Source: Candidatus Poseidoniaceae archaeon (GTDB lineage Archaea; Thermoplasmatota; Poseidoniia; Poseidoniales; Poseidoniaceae). Taken from it: 64,000 bases of DNA. The notes under the pieces are model-generated. The model ran no database searches, was not told where the DNA came from, and worked only from the letters and a program-made list of their open reading frames with translations. The stretch spans positions 786 through 64,785 of the forward strand of contig JAPKCS010000008.1 in assembly GCA_028822845.1 (NCBI GenBank). Direction: 5' to 3'. This document shows positions 8,924-17,204 of the stretch, in pieces (position 1 is the stretch's first letter; the number at the start of each line of letters is the position of its first letter). The position numbers and the translations under genes are program-made.

Positions 8924-9451
8924 TCATTCCTCCATGATTGTAAGACCGTAGTTTTCAACAAACCAGGCTCGAGATTCATCGGGTGTGACACGGTGGTCCA
9001 TTCCGACTTTGCCCTTTGCACGTCGACGACGGCTGACACGGTGACCAGGTCGTTCAAGAACGACGGTGATGTCCATGCCGTAGATTCCGATATCTGGATC
9101 GTACTTTTGTCCAGGGAAGTCAGTGTAATCACTGATACCGAAGGAAAGGTTTCCTTCACGGTCAAAGTTCCAGTGTGGGATTGTGTTTTCACGGACCCAG
9201 AAAGCATCGGTCAAGAACTTCTTGATCACTTCTTCTTTGCGCATGGTTGCTTTGCAGCCAATAGGTGCGCCAAGGCGAACCTTGAGGTCACGGTTTTGAA
9301 TGCGGCCAAGGGTTCGTTGTGGCTTGACACCAGTTACGATTTCCATGACGCTCTCGGCGTTCATGAGGCGCTCTCCGCCTTCACCGACACCGATGTTGAC
9401 GCTCACTTTCGTGATGCGAGGAACAGACATTGGATTGATGGTCTCGCTCAT
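8924..9451 (-). CDS. rpl5: 50S ribosomal protein uL5
   Basis: 175 aa with [19 protein letters not shown] and [11 protein letters not shown]. Confidence 0.9.
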   Translation of the reverse strand: MSETINPMSVPRITKVSVNIGVGEGGERLMNAESVMEIVTGVKPQRTLGRIQNRDLKVRLGAPIGCKATMRKEEVIKKFLTDAFWVRENTIPHWNFDREGNLSFGISDYTDFPGQKYDPDIGIYGMDITVVLERPGHRVSRRRRAKGKVGMDHRVTPDESRAWFVENYGLTIMEE

Positions 9452-10149
9452 TCAACCACCTCAGTGTTTGGGAGGGTAGCATCACCGACTGCGAACACGT
9501 TCGTAGCGACGGTGCCAAACTCTTCGAATTGGACTTCATTGGGCATGCTGGATCGCTTGACATCGTACGAGGTCATGTTTGCAAAGCCGCCAACGTGAGC
9601 ACCACCGATGAGGTAGCAGCGGACGCCTTCAGAGAACTTGATGTGTTCAAGGATCTCTTGGCTTGGCAAAGCGAGTTTGAGTGAGCCTCCAGAAGAGTAC
9701 TCTGCTGCATCGTCAACGAGGATGTTTCGACCGTCGTTGAGGTTGAGTTGAGTCTTGCCACCTTTGATGGTGCTCTTGCTTTCGATTCGGCAAATCTTCC
9801 ATTCAGCCTCAGCTGCGGAAATCTGACGGTAACGAAGTCGGCCGTTGTGGTCGAGAACACATCGGTAGTGAACATCGCCAAGAGAGAGGACGTCCATCAA
9901 GCCAACACCACGGCGGGTGTCTTTGCAGATTCGTCCGTCGACCTTAGCAAGTCCATTATGGAGGATGTGTCGAACTTCACGGGTTGAGTGAGCAAGACCA
10001 AGCACGTCACGGATGACGAGGTTGATCGGCATGCACAGATCAAGTGAGTGAGCACCAGGTGCTGGGCGTGTCACCCAGATGGTGGTCTTACGTGGGAGTG
10101 GCCAGCTACGTGGCATGGCCAATCGCTTCAAGTGGTTACTGCTTCCCAT
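9448..10149 (-). CDS. rps4e: 30S ribosomal protein eS4
   Basis: HLKRLAMPRSWPLPRKTTIWVTRPAPGAH is the eS4 N-terminal signature. An S4 domain and a KOW domain follow. Confidence 0.9.
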   Translation of the reverse strand: MGSSNHLKRLAMPRSWPLPRKTTIWVTRPAPGAHSLDLCMPINLVIRDVLGLAHSTREVRHILHNGLAKVDGRICKDTRRGVGLMDVLSLGDVHYRCVLDHNGRLRYRQISAAEAEWKICRIESKSTIKGGKTQLNLNDGRNILVDDAAEYSSGGSLKLALPSQEILEHIKFSEGVRCYLIGGAHVGGFANMTSYDVKRSSMPNEVQFEEFGTVATNVFAVGDATLPNTEVVE

Positions 10150-10154
10150 ATTCT

Positions 10155-10562
10155 TCAGCTCCTGTTCCCGGTGAGTTGTTGCATACGCAACTTGTCTGTC
10201 TCATCCATACGGACGACGACGACATTGGAAGAGTGGACCGGAACCGCCTCTTCTTTGTTATCGGCCTTGGAGGCCTTGGCTCCCTCAATATAGAGGCGCC
10301 CTTTTTCTGAATCGATTCGAATCACAGTTCCAACGAGTGGATTTGCTCCTCGCTTACCGCCGTGTCGCTTTCCGCCACTGGCGAGATCGCCACGAACGAC
10401 CTTTACGGTGTCTCCGACACGAACAGTGACGGTGCGAACACCATCAAACCGCTCATCTCGGTCTTTGAGTTGGAGGCGTGCGGCTACCCGCTTGCGCTTT
10501 TCGTGTAGGGGCGCGTTAAAGTGCGCCTTGCGTTGTTTTCCTGGTTTCATACTCTTTACCAT
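10155..10562 (-). CDS. rpl24: 50S ribosomal protein uL24
   Basis: KPGKQRKAHFNAPLHEKRK plus a KOW motif (VRVGDTVKVVRGD). Confidence 0.9.
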   Translation of the reverse strand: MVKSMKPGKQRKAHFNAPLHEKRKRVAARLQLKDRDERFDGVRTVTVRVGDTVKVVRGDLASGGKRHGGKRGANPLVGTVIRIDSEKGRLYIEGAKASKADNKEEAVPVHSSNVVVVRMDETDKLRMQQLTGNRS

Positions 10563-10571
10563 GCTTTCACC

Positions 10572-10970
10572 TCAGATAATTTGTTTTGCGTTTGCTGCAA
10601 TTCTTGGCCAGCGTTCGGCGGCTTCACGGGACACAGGTCCCTTGATATCCGAACCTTGGACATCGCCTTTTTCGTTCGTGATCACGCAAGCGTTGTCTTC
10701 GAACTGAACCCAGGTTCCATCGACTCGACGGAATGGGCGGCGTTGACGAATAATGACTGCGTTGAACATTTGTCGACGAGTCTCAGGGGTACCTTTCTTG
10801 ACCGAAACCTTAGCAAGGTCACCAACGCCACCAGCAGGGTAACGTCGAATGGTGTTTCCAAGTTTGAGAATGTTAATGATTTGAACGACCTTAGCTCCGG
10901 TGTTGTCAGCCACGTGCAATCGTGCAGCGGTTGGCAAACCACGGGTTTGGCGTCCTGCAATACCACGCAT
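10572..10970 (-). CDS. rpl14: 50S ribosomal protein uL14
   Basis: 132 aa with LHVADNTGAKVVQII and IRQRRPFRRVDG. Confidence 0.9.
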   Translation of the reverse strand: MRGIAGRQTRGLPTAARLHVADNTGAKVVQIINILKLGNTIRRYPAGGVGDLAKVSVKKGTPETRRQMFNAVIIRQRRPFRRVDGTWVQFEDNACVITNEKGDVQGSDIKGPVSREAAERWPRIAANAKQII

Positions 10971-11305
10971 CAGGCTTCACCCCCGTTGATTTCGATGACA
11001 CAGAATGAAACCGTCTTTGAAAGAGGACGGCATTCCATGACCTTCACGGTGTCACCAACGGCGACTTCACCAATGCACGATGGCAGGTGAGCGGAAAGGG
11101 CGCTTGTTCGCTTTTCGAAACGTTCGTACTTTTCCATGAAGCGAACGTTGTTTCGCTCAATGGTGATCGTTTTCTGCATACCGAGGCTGGAAATCGTTCC
11201 TTCGAGCACTTGGCCACGAAGGCGCAAGCTACCATAGAAGGGGCAATTTTCATCTCCGTCCCACTCGTCGGTGGGGTTTTTCACGTCTACTCCGATGTCT
11301 CGCAT
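10970..11305 (-). CDS. rps17: 30S ribosomal protein uS17
   Basis: It carries CPFYGSLRLRGQVLEGTISS and VGDTVKVMECRPLSKT. The start was trimmed to the ATG at 11305, which lies 4 nt after the rnp1 stop. Confidence 0.85.
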   Translation of the reverse strand: MRDIGVDVKNPTDEWDGDENCPFYGSLRLRGQVLEGTISSLGMQKTITIERNNVRFMEKYERFEKRTSALSAHLPSCIGEVAVGDTVKVMECRPLSKTVSFCVIEINGGEA

Positions 11306-11309
11306 AGTA

Positions 11310-11567
11310 TCAGTCCATCCTGTATTTTCGGTTGGTTCGGTCTTCTGGGCGCTGACCAACCAGTGCGCCTTGAACGACAACATCGCTGTTGTCGAGTTTG
11401 AATGTAATGCTGGACTTGCCGATTCGGACGCAGGCGTCGTTTTCGAGCATGACCAGGGTGTTTTTGGTTTCGTCAAGGACGAGACCGGAGCGACCTACGA
11501 GGGTTGGGTCGTTGGATTCGACGACGTTCATCATCGAGCCAATCCAGGTGCTGTTGTAAATTGTCAT
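11310..11567 (-). CDS. rnp1: RNase P protein component 1 (Rpp29/Pop4)
   Basis: WIGSMMNVVESNDPTLVGRSGLVLDETKNTLVM...GQRPEDR matches the Rpp29 Sm-like fold pattern. It holds the canonical position between rpl29/SUI1 and rps17. The start at 11567 abuts the SUI1 stop. Confidence 0.8.
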   Translation of the reverse strand: MTIYNSTWIGSMMNVVESNDPTLVGRSGLVLDETKNTLVMLENDACVRIGKSSITFKLDNSDVVVQGALVGQRPEDRTNRKYRMD

Positions 11568-11568
11568 A

Positions 11569-11874
11569 TCATCGCACCTCCACATTGAATCCTTCGTTCT
11601 TGAGTACGCCAGCAGCTTTCTTTTTGTGATCGCCTTGAAGTTCGATAACTCGTCCCTTCACAGTTCCACCGGCTGCGCACTTGTTCTTGAGAATCTTAGC
11701 AAGCTTGTTGATGTCGATCGCTGAGTCATCAATCCCTTCCACCTTGGTGACGATTTTACCATACCGTCGGCGGTCGGTTGAAAGGATGGCTCGTTGTTGC
11801 TCTTTGGCAATTTCTTGGCAAATGCACAACTCATCAGGGAGTCCGCAAACGTTACAAATAGCTGCCATAATCAA
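11569..11874 (-). CDS. translation initiation factor aIF1 / SUI1
   Basis: An N-terminal CxxC..CxC knuckle (CNVCGLPDELCIC) is followed by the SUI1 core RRYGKIVTKVEGI...LKNKCAAGGTV...IELQGDH. Confidence 0.85.
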   Translation of the reverse strand: MIMAAICNVCGLPDELCICQEIAKEQQRAILSTDRRRYGKIVTKVEGIDDSAIDINKLAKILKNKCAAGGTVKGRVIELQGDHKKKAAGVLKNEGFNVEVR

Positions 11875-11892
11875 TCATCTCCTGTTGGTAGT

Positions 11893-12084
11893 TCACTGAT
11901 TCATGTGCGTCTTGAGACGAGCGATGCTCCGGCGTGTTGCCTTGTATGCACCGAGGTTGGATGGCGTACCACCCAATGCTTTCTCAGCACGAAGTTGCAA
12001 GAGTTCTTCTTGAAGTTCGAGCATGCGAGCTTCACGAGCTTCTGTGCTCATTGAAGTGATCTCTCTGTTGGATACGTAACTCAC
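11893..12084 (-). CDS. rpl29: 50S ribosomal protein uL29
   Basis: 63 aa with the coiled motif LELQEELLQLRAEKALGG and a 4-nt overlap with rps3. The exact start is uncertain; an alternative ATG lies 11 codons downstream. Confidence 0.8.
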   Translation of the reverse strand: MSYVSNREITSMSTEAREARMLELQEELLQLRAEKALGGTPSNLGAYKATRRSIARLKTHMNQ

Positions 12085-12767
12085 TTTGCAGCCTCCTTAG
12101 GAGCAGCAGCAGCGCTTGCTTGTTCAGCTTGCTCTGCTTGAATTCGCAAATCTTCATTGGAGAAGATGTTGATTTCGTGAGGTAGACGGGTGCCGGGTCG
12201 CATGATAGCGACGGTGCATCCGATGGTACCGAGCTTCTTGACGGCCACTGAGTAACCGACGTCCATGTGTTGCAATGCGGTTTCACCACAGTACTTGACG
12301 TGACCAAGAATGAATTTCTGTGTTCGGTTTCTCGAACCAGTCAACTTTCCTGCGACGGTGACGATGACACCACGGGCGCCAGCGTCCATGATGTTCTGTG
12401 CAGCGCTGTGTCCAGCACGGCGGTAATACCAGCCACGCTCGAGAGCGGAAGCGATCTTTTCTGCCATAACTTGTGCATTGAGGGTCGCCTTTTCGATTTC
12501 CTCGACCTTCAGTCGTGGGTTCTCGAGGTCGAATTCTTCATTCAAGCGCTTTTGGAGCTCGTTGATGATTTTTCCCTTTCGGCCAATGACCATTCCAGGG
12601 CGTTCTGCGTGAACGGTGACTTCGGTCCCTTGTGGGGTCCGACGAATGTCAAGAGCGCCGAATCCGGAGCGCTTGGTGTTCGCCATCAAGAATTCCTTGA
12701 CGAGGTGTCGTTCGACGTTGCGGTTAACGATGGTGCGTATAGTGCTTCTTTTTCCAGCCATAATCAA
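12081..12767 (-). CDS. rps3: 30S ribosomal protein uS3
   Basis: A KH domain (VTVHAERPGMVIGRKGKIINEL) and the uS3 C-terminal domain, ending in an Ala/Glu-rich tail. Confidence 0.9.
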   Translation of the reverse strand: MIMAGKRSTIRTIVNRNVERHLVKEFLMANTKRSGFGALDIRRTPQGTEVTVHAERPGMVIGRKGKIINELQKRLNEEFDLENPRLKVEEIEKATLNAQVMAEKIASALERGWYYRRAGHSAAQNIMDAGARGVIVTVAGKLTGSRNRTQKFILGHVKYCGETALQHMDVGYSVAVKKLGTIGCTVAIMRPGTRLPHEINIFSNEDLRIQAEQAEQASAAAAPKEAAK

Positions 12768-12772
12768 TCACC

Positions 12773-13378
12773 TCAGAAGTCGTCCTCCAACTCATCCTCT
12801 TGAACAGTGAAGTCTTCGAGGAAAATCTCGAGATTCACACGGTAATGGTTTGAAGGTGTTGCACGTCCACGGGCACGAGGAATGAATCCTCGCTTGATTT
12901 GACCACGGTGGGCAGCGATGTGAGTGATTTCCATTTCTTCTGGATCCACATCTTCGTATTGATGTCGTGCATTTTCCATAGCGCTCTGAATCAACTTGAT
13001 GATTGCTCGGGAAGCTTTCACGGGGTATCGGCCAGGACCGACGCCACCTTTGCGGTGACCGACCATGGAAGGTCCGGTTCGCTTCTTCTTCTTGTTACCG
13101 CTTCCGAGTCGGAAGGGAACAGCCACTGCCTTTCGGCGGACGTCTGCTCGGTCGGAATCAATGCGAAGGACCTCGTTGAGGAACGCAATGGCCTGACCGG
13201 CCTTCATACGCTTGAGGTGTCGGCAAATTTCGAAGCAGTGCTTAACGTGCATGTCCACGTTTGTGGAGCGTGCAGTTGCTAGGCGGCTACCTTGAAGGAG
13301 TTGCGTGTACCCTTTTTGAGGGAGTGCACGGCGCTTTGATCGGCGATCCATTTGTTGTGTCTTAACCATACATAACAC
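12773..13378 (-). CDS. rpl22: 50S ribosomal protein uL22
   Basis: uL22 core (ARSTNVDMHVKHCFEICRHLKRMKAGQAIAFL, HIAAHRGQIKRGFIPRARGRA) with an acidic C-terminal tail. The start could be one of three ATGs within the first 10 codons. Confidence 0.85.
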   Translation of the reverse strand: MLCMVKTQQMDRRSKRRALPQKGYTQLLQGSRLATARSTNVDMHVKHCFEICRHLKRMKAGQAIAFLNEVLRIDSDRADVRRKAVAVPFRLGSGNKKKKRTGPSMVGHRKGGVGPGRYPVKASRAIIKLIQSAMENARHQYEDVDPEEMEITHIAAHRGQIKRGFIPRARGRATPSNHYRVNLEIFLEDFTVQEDELEDDF

Positions 13379-13379
13379 C

Positions 13380-13874
13380 TCACTTTAGCGGTACGTGCTT
13401 TGACGACCGAGTTGCACCAACACCAGGGCCGCTGTGTGCGACGCCTCTGCGGGTAATTGCGAATTCTCCTAGGTAGTGACCAATCATTTCTGGCTTGATT
13501 TCAACAGGAACGAAAGTTTTCCCGCTGTAGACAGAGATGGTCTTACCCACGAATTCTGGAAGGATCGGCATGTCGCGTCGGTGGGTCCGAACGATGGAAC
13601 CACTGGCTCGGCGCATACGGCTGAGGAAATGTTCGTTCTCCTCAGAGAAACCTCGGGCCATCGAGCGACGTGCTCGTGATGGGAGGAGGGTGATCACCGA
13701 TGGAGCCGATGAATCTTCAACTGGCCAAAGAGACATGTTGGACAATTCTTCGACCGTGTAGCCACGGTAGGTGAATTCTCTCTTGACTCGGCCAGACGTG
13801 GTCGACAAGCGCTTACGTGCCTTTCGGCGGCTTGCTTTGGGCGTCATAAAGGACTTCTTATTCTTGCGTGCCAT
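13380..13874 (-). CDS. rps19: 30S ribosomal protein uS19
   Basis: [26 protein letters not shown] is the uS19 signature. The N-terminus is Lys-rich. Confidence 0.9.
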   Translation of the reverse strand: MARKNKKSFMTPKASRRKARKRLSTTSGRVKREFTYRGYTVEELSNMSLWPVEDSSAPSVITLLPSRARRSMARGFSEENEHFLSRMRRASGSIVRTHRRDMPILPEFVGKTISVYSGKTFVPVEIKPEMIGHYLGEFAITRRGVAHSGPGVGATRSSKHVPLK

Positions 13875-13885
13875 ACATAATCACC

Positions 13886-14602
13886 TCAAATTTTCTTTCC
13901 TCGTCCTCGACCAGATCGGCTTGGTGCGATCAGACCGACCTTAGCACCAGGTGGTGTACCTCGACCGACAGAGTTCGGACCGTGAACGGCTTGGTGGTTT
14001 CCACCGCCGTGAGGGTGATCGACAGGGTTCATTGCGACACCGCTGACGTGTGGGAAGAGCTTACCACGGGCCTTAGCCTTGTAGTAAGCTGCTCCTGCAG
14101 TTCGCAGAGGCATTTCATCTCGGCCGTGACCAGAGAGCACACCGATGGTAGCTCTGCAGTTGGCAGGGAGTTCACGAAGGCTTCCGGACGGCAAGCGTAC
14201 ACGGACCTTGTCACCAATACGGGCTTCGACGAAGCAAGAGTTTCCTGCTGCGCGAGCGACCTTGCCACCGTCACCTGGACGGAGTTCAAGGTTGTTGATT
14301 GCTGTACCTTCTGGGATGTTGCCCAGAGCGGTGATGTTTCCTGGACGAAGAGCAGCACTGTCACCGATAGCAACAGCGGAGCCAATGGCCAGACCTTCTG
14401 TAGCGACAACCAGAGTGGTGTCGCCGTTCGGGAGTTTCATTCGAGCGAGTGGAGCTGTATGGACCGGACTGTGAATCAATTCGGTGATCTCACCGACGAC
14501 GTCACTCACCCGAGGCATGCGGTTCGCACCTGGAAATCTATGACTCGCAACGCGATAGCGTGGCGAGGAACCCATTCGTTGTGCACGTATTCTCTTACCC
14601 AT
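13886..14602 (-). CDS. rpl2: 50S ribosomal protein uL2
   Basis: 238 aa with GVAMNPVDHPHGGG and SGRGRGKK at the C-terminus. Confidence 0.95.
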   Translation of the reverse strand: MGKRIRAQRMGSSPRYRVASHRFPGANRMPRVSDVVGEITELIHSPVHTAPLARMKLPNGDTTLVVATEGLAIGSAVAIGDSAALRPGNITALGNIPEGTAINNLELRPGDGGKVARAAGNSCFVEARIGDKVRVRLPSGSLRELPANCRATIGVLSGHGRDEMPLRTAGAAYYKAKARGKLFPHVSGVAMNPVDHPHGGGNHQAVHGPNSVGRGTPPGAKVGLIAPSRSGRGRGKKI

Positions 14603-14613
14603 GATAAATCACC

Positions 14614-14877
14614 TCAGAAAGCTCCCAAACGCATTGCTGCGTCTTCTGCGTCGTAGCCTTGGGCAAGCTTTACGGAAGCGTGCTTGCCATGCTTTGTGTT
14701 TCGTACGTTGACTTTAGCGACTTCGACTTCGAAGATCGTTTCAATCGCACGAGCGATTTGTGCCTTTGTTGCACTTCGGCGGACAATGAATTCGAGACGT
14801 TGCTCGCTTGTGCGAGCTTCCATCGATTTCTCAGTAAGCCACGGTTGGAGGATAATATCGTATGCGTTCATCATCAT
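14614..14877 (-). CDS. rpl23: 50S ribosomal protein uL23
   Basis: ILQPWLTEKSM and FIVRRSATKAQIARAIE match uL23. The start was trimmed to the ATG cluster at 14877-14871, just after the rpl4 stop. Confidence 0.85.
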   Translation of the reverse strand: MMMNAYDIILQPWLTEKSMEARTSEQRLEFIVRRSATKAQIARAIETIFEVEVAKVNVRNTKHGKHASVKLAQGYDAEDAAMRLGAF

Positions 14878-14881
14878 CACC

Positions 14882-15763
14882 TCAGTTGAGTGCCTCCACG
14901 GCATCCTTGGTAAACACGGTCAAACGACCGATGGCGCCACCTGGCGCCAAATCTTCAGCGCAAAGGTCACGGGCTGCGACCACATCGACACCAGGAAGGT
15001 TTCGAGCGGCTTGTGCAAGACCGGATTTTTCCTTAACAACCAGAAGAATGGACTTAGGGGTTTTGTGGACACGGCCACGCATTGTGGCTTTTCCAGCACG
15101 AATGTTTCGACCATTTCGGGCTCGGTTCAAATCATCACCAAGACCAATTTCGTTGAAGATTGCGAGGACCTTACGAGTGGCAGAGCCATGGTTGAAGGAT
15201 TCAATGCTGAACTCTTCCGTCTTACCGTCTCGAACCTCGGAGTAGTTACCGAGGATGATTGGAAGCGTAGAGATCTCTTCAGAGAAGCGGTGGCCTCGTG
15301 CGCTTACAGTTGTCACAGAGGTTGTGGCTGTAAGAGCGGAGTTACGAGCAAGTCGGCGTTCCTTGAGGTTGAGTTTTCGACCCCAGTTCTTTTCGACCTT
15401 TGGTCCGTGAGCACGTCGTCCACCCTTGGTGTGAGGATTTTGAGCTGCTCGGCTTTGACCTGTGCGACGCATAATACGTGACACACCACGGCCCTTCCCC
15501 CACCATTCGACGGAGTGCTTCATACCAGCCATTGGCGCTCGCTTTCCGACGTGTGCTCGGGAACCGTACTTTTGGCGGCGGTTTGCACGACTTGATGCAA
15601 TAGCGAGTTTGACGAGATCCAAACGGATCTCTGACTCGAAGGCTGCTGGAAGAGCGACCTTCTTGCCGTCTGAAACCGAGATTTCGAAGACATCTGGAAG
15701 TCGACCTGCGTCGAGTTCTGTTTGAGAAATTGTATTGGTAATATCGAGAACATTCACCTTCAT
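14882..15763 (-). CDS. rpl4: 50S ribosomal protein uL4
   Basis: 293 aa with SVEWWGKGRGVSRIMRRTG and QNPHTKGGRRAHGPK. Confidence 0.9.
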   Translation of the reverse strand: MKVNVLDITNTISQTELDAGRLPDVFEISVSDGKKVALPAAFESEIRLDLVKLAIASSRANRRQKYGSRAHVGKRAPMAGMKHSVEWWGKGRGVSRIMRRTGQSRAAQNPHTKGGRRAHGPKVEKNWGRKLNLKERRLARNSALTATTSVTTVSARGHRFSEEISTLPIILGNYSEVRDGKTEEFSIESFNHGSATRKVLAIFNEIGLGDDLNRARNGRNIRAGKATMRGRVHKTPKSILLVVKEKSGLAQAARNLPGVDVVAARDLCAEDLAPGGAIGRLTVFTKDAVEALN

Positions 15764-15765
15764 CT

Positions 15766-16785
15766 TCAGACCCCCTGCTTGGATGCTGTACTAACGTACG
15801 TAATTTCGATTGGATGAAGCGTTTTGTCGCTGCCACGGGTGGCATCACGGAAACGAATCAAGCGCTTGGCTGGTCCAGGGACGCTGCCTTTCACGAGAAT
15901 GTAGTCGGAGTTCACTTCACCGTAGTGGAGGAAACCGCCAGCTGGTGTGATCGAATGATCTTCCGTGCTGGCAATGCGCAGAATGCGCTTGTTGTACTCA
16001 GTGCGTTGGTGGTATCCGGTTTGTCCACCTTGTCGGATGGACTTTCGAACGTATCCGTCACCGAAAGCACCCATGTTACCGTGTTGACGGCGTTTCTTTG
16101 AGTTCTTGTGAGATTGCAACTTTCCACCGAATCGCTTGATGACACCTTGCCATCCGTAGCCCTTGGTGATAGCGACAATGTCTGTGAGTGCGCCTTCTTC
16201 GAAAGCGTCAGCAAAGGAATACTCTTCACCGAGTTTTTCCTTAGCATAGGCGAGTTGTTCGCCCATGTTGCCACCATCAAGACCGACTTCCATCACATCT
16301 GGGACCTTGGTAGGTACGCCAGTGACGGAGTTAGGCTGGGTTGCGCAAATAAGACGAACTTCGACCAGATCAGCATCCATGAGGTTCTCAAAGTGCTTTT
16401 CTGCATCGTGTTCCTTGCGCACAGGTAGGCGCTTGAAGAGTTCAGCGAAAGCTTCGGCGATAAGTGCTGCGTCAGCCCAAACTTCGCCAGCGGCTTGCTT
16501 ACCGTAAGGAGTCATTGCGTAGCCACGAACGCCGAGAATGCGCATCTTTGGGCATTCTACAACGGTGACTGGTACTCGAATTTCTTGTCCAGCGGATGGG
16601 CTGCTAGGGTTCAAATCACGGGAGAGAACGTGGGTCATGCCTGCTTTCCAGCCGGCAAATCCTTGCATTCTAACTTCGCTCGCATCGGTTGTGGGCCACG
16701 ACTTCACATGTCCAAATGGTCGGTTCGCACGCTTTCGCGGGCTGAACGCCATTGATCCTCGTCGTGGGTGACTTTTCTTTGCCAT
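15766..16785 (-). CDS. rpl3: 50S ribosomal protein uL3
   Basis: PRRGSMAFSPRKRA N-terminus, FAGWKAGMTHV and GYGWQGVIKRFG. A GGAGG sits 8 nt upstream of the ATG. It is the first gene of the operon. Confidence 0.95.
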   Translation of the reverse strand: MAKKSHPRRGSMAFSPRKRANRPFGHVKSWPTTDASEVRMQGFAGWKAGMTHVLSRDLNPSSPSAGQEIRVPVTVVECPKMRILGVRGYAMTPYGKQAAGEVWADAALIAEAFAELFKRLPVRKEHDAEKHFENLMDADLVEVRLICATQPNSVTGVPTKVPDVMEVGLDGGNMGEQLAYAKEKLGEEYSFADAFEEGALTDIVAITKGYGWQGVIKRFGGKLQSHKNSKKRRQHGNMGAFGDGYVRKSIRQGGQTGYHQRTEYNKRILRIASTEDHSITPAGGFLHYGEVNSDYILVKGSVPGPAKRLIRFRDATRGSDKTLHPIEITYVSTASKQGV

Positions 16786-16817
16786 GTGGGATTCCTCCAG
16801 GGTTTATACAGCGCATT

Positions 16818-16977
16818 GGCCCCACCGTAGGGGGGCGTACGAGGGCCCTCAGGTTGGGAGAAGCCGTGACACTGCGTTCCATTTCCACGAATGGGAAACG
16901 AGACTGTTGGGGTCCTCGGGGGATGGCCCAGTGTGTCTGGCTGCTCACCTTTGAGCAACCTTCCGACTTACCTCCCG
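16818..16977 (-). promoter_or_regulatory. candidate structured RNA element (5' leader of the rpl3 operon or an independent ncRNA)
   Basis: Hand-folded helices on the minus strand. The closing helix is GGGAG-GU-AAGUCG (16964-16976) paired with CGGCUUCUCCC (16856-16866). It encloses a perfect 9-bp hairpin GGUUGCUCA/AAGG/UGAGCAGCC (16939-16960), whose G-U pair favours the minus strand, and a UUCG-capped hairpin. A 10-bp GC hairpin lies at 16818-16847. Confidence 0.35.
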
Positions 16978-17204
16978 TATATGAGTGGTTCGGTCCTCAA
17001 TTGCCGACCTGTACCGTGAATCGCCTCAGTATGGGCGGTCTTGAAACCTTTCGATGTGGATGACCATCGGTGCTTGTTGGAAGAAGAAGAGAAAGAAAGC
17101 CCTTGGAAAAGTCTGAGAAATGCAATGCGTCAATGCCTCATTGAATCAGATTCAATTGATTCCTCCTCAGTATGCTTTAGAACCCTCGACCAAATAGGAA
17201 AGCC

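Noticed and set aside
8656-9207. 183-aa minus-strand ORF spanning the rps8-rpl5 junction.
   Set aside because: It overlaps rps8, rps14 and rpl5 in another frame. The region is fully explained by those three genes.
13868-14656. 262-aa ORF on the plus strand, antisense to rpl2. Similar long antisense or off-frame ORFs occur at 8792-9598, 14684-15481, 19359-19991, 31522-32184, 37930-38556, 45787-46380, 47805-48431 and 52720-53295.
   Set aside because: Each lies entirely inside, or largely overlaps, a gene with strong family motifs. Their translations are low-complexity (Ser/Thr/Arg/Val-rich) with no recognisable motif. Long shadow ORFs are expected opposite strongly codon-biased genes.
16803-16808. 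TATAAA (minus strand) just upstream of rpl3, considered as the operon promoter for a leaderless mRNA.
   Set aside because: It is centred only about 21 nt from the ATG, so a TSS about 25 nt downstream would fall inside the coding sequence. The first ATG is supported by the conserved uL3 N-terminus (PRRGS.AFSPRKRA) and is preceded by GGAGG. The promoter is more likely further upstream.
16815-17040. Possibility that the structured region upstream of rpl3 is RNase P RNA or SRP (7S) RNA.
   Set aside because: GGGAGGUAAGUCGG loosely resembles the RNase P CR-I element (GAGGAAAGUCC). I could not find a CR-V/P4 partner (ACAGAA.CCGGCUUA) downstream, and the region is short for a type-A RNA. The GGAA and AGCAGCC strings do not fold into an SRP helix-8 arrangement, because the AGCAGCC is consumed by a perfect 9-bp hairpin. 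The region is left as an unclassified structured RNA.
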